Shown here: positions 62,014-64,000 of the stretch, one piece after another | Position numbering within the stretch: position 1 is the stretch's first letter | How the letters are laid out: each line of letters begins with the position of its first letter | NCBI RefSeq assembly: GCF_964355755.1 | Contig: NC_092680.1 | Location: 7,502,001-7,566,000, forward strand | Source of the DNA: Antedon mediterranea | Lineage: Eukaryota > Animalia > Echinodermata | DNA: 64,000 nucleotides | Direction of reading: 5' to 3' | Position numbers and translations under genes: made by a program | Notes under the pieces: generated by a model | What the model was told of the DNA's origin: nothing | Seen by the model: the letters and a program-made list of their open reading frames with translations, nothing else | The model's database searches: none

Positions 62014-63742
62014 ACATAAATTTAAAACATCAACCAACACAAATTAAACACAAAAAACAGTGCAGAAATATGGTTAAAAACTACAAATACAAAATGATGG
62101 TCTATTAACACGCAAGCATTGAACATTGTAAAATGAAACAAGCCTTTTTTTCTTTTTAAGCATTTATCCTAAGATCAAAAAACTTTTGTTTGCAATAGCA
62201 AACTTCAAGCAATGTGATATGTTCTAGTACAATTTTCTTCATTAAACTGCAATGCGTTTCACAAAAAACATTTATCATCACATGTTATGAAGCACATGGT
62301 TGCTAATATGTTTACGTAAAAATATTCTTGTTTTGTTTGTTTGAAATGTATTTATTCATAGTAACTACCTATTGTTCTGAGGAATAATTTTAAAAACTGT
62401 CATACATAAAATTTAAATATAGAAATTAACATATAGAGTGTTTAATAATTATATTAGTATTGAAATATAATTAATGTAAATATGAATATGGCAGATAATA
62501 AAGACTAGGCATAGTACAGTGAAAGTTTACTATGTCTTGTATAGAACAGCAAAATGCATGTATGTACATATATACAATTTGTACAGGTTTCTTTATAATG
62601 ATGGGATAGGTAGACTTTTGAAAGTATAATATCTCAGTTGTTCTTGCTTGTTAATAACAATATACTTATTCACTTTGATGAGTGAATGCCACCATGGCAT
62701 GGCAACATCTAAAAACAAGGTCAGAAATACTATGACATATCAATTTTTAAACAGTTTGAGCATTCATCTCTTTCACAATAATTTCTTTTATTTATGCTTT
62801 ATATACTGTATTTGGTCTAAAATTAGTATTTGTAAGCTAGCAGTTGCAACAGTATAACATGAAGCTTTTTAATTGATTAAATTCAAATATCTTTAACTCC
62901 TTTAGTATTAATTATAGTGTTAAGTTTTTCTATATTTGGTTATTAATGATAGTGTATAGTACGATACTGTTAAAACATTGTTAATGTTAAAGCAATTTTT
63001 TGGCCCTAACTTTACACAGTAGAACACTCACAATCAGGGGACACACTCCTATAAAGGGGATACAGTTGTTGGGTCCCAAAGGTGTCCCCTTAATAGTGTT
63101 CTAGTATATTAAATTGTTTTGAAGGAATTTCTTTGGAGTCATACAGTTAAAATCCATTTTTTGGAACAACCTTATTTAAAGGGACACCCAACAAAATGTC
63201 CCTTTAACAGGGGTTCTACCAAGTAAGCTGGATAATGAGTTTGTTAAGTCATTATCTAGTTCAATAGAAGATACATACTGCCAACATGCCTATTAATAGA
63301 TTGTAACAGAAATTTACCCAGAAGAATTGTTTATAATTAGCAGCTTTTAAATGCTACATCTAAAAACACTACAAGAAAGTACTACACATGAAACAATTAT
63401 GTGCCCAAAATATCTTAATCTTGCTTGATGACAGTATATAGAAATACATGATGATAAGCAAGCATTTTAATGAATACTTACAAACTAGAAGAGTTCATGG
63501 TAGAAATGTTCCTGAACCAAAAAAAATAATTGGAAACACATTACATATAATGATACACTAATACACAGATTCTGTAGCAATGCCGTAAAAAAAAAAAACA
63601 CTGTTGCATCACGATTTCTGTACTGGTCATGGCTCTATTTTAAAAACCATTCTCATCTGGCATTTCTTTTAGTGTTTAAAAAAACATTTGAATTATGACC
63701 ATGACGATAGAGAATATGTGCCGGTTCTGATGCAAATGAATA

Positions 63743-63970
63743 CTGTAAAACCATAAACTTTCGCGCACATTAAACTTTTACGAATTTCGCAAGTGATTGA
63801 AAGTTTCATGCCGCAAATAATTTTCAGAACGTACTACTGTATACAATAGCTTATGTATTAGCATCTTTATAACACAAAGATTGTCATACACAATATTGTT
63901 ACAGTAAAATTTTATGTCGCGAAAATGGCCAATGTAACTAATTCTCGAAAATTTCATTTCTGGATTACAG
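63743..63970. mobile_element. TA-flanked MITE (Tc1/mariner-like)
   Basis: TA|CTGTAAAACCA..TTTCGCG ... GCGAAAAT..TGGATTACAG|TA. Confidence 0.6.
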
Positions 63971-64000
63971 TAACCGGTGATTAATAACTGTTTGAATCAA

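Noticed and set aside
59700-64000. Additional upstream DMXL exons
   Set aside because: I found no segment with both splice sites and recognisable DMXL sequence; treated as intron, though a small exon could have been missed.

Overview
AT-rich, intron-rich animal genomic DNA, probably a marine invertebrate such as an echinoderm (taxon is inferred, not established). I reconstructed five spliced protein-coding genes by hand. (1) A complete MYEF2/hnRNP-M-like triple-RRM gene on the minus strand (15 coding exons, an 8-nt microexon, two U12-type introns). (2) A divergently transcribed TMEM53/DUF829-like alpha/beta-hydrolase gene on the plus strand, with a probable hidden first exon that adds an Arg-rich presequence. 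(3) A complete IQCH gene on the minus strand (22 coding exons, one GC-AG intron). (4) A C2CD4-like gene with tandem C2 domains on the minus strand. (5) The 3' end of DMXL/Rabconnectin-3alpha on the minus strand. Introns and intergenic DNA hold many mobile elements: a decayed Sola1-like transposase, LINE fragments, Helitrons, tRNA-derived SINEs and several MITE families, often nested. There are also several tandem arrays. Most long low-complexity ORFs in the supplied track are repeat artefacts. I found no convincing new multi-gene system. The most interesting signals concern splicing architecture, a bidirectional promoter, and transposon insertions at splice sites. All family assignments rest on motif recognition from memory, not database searches.
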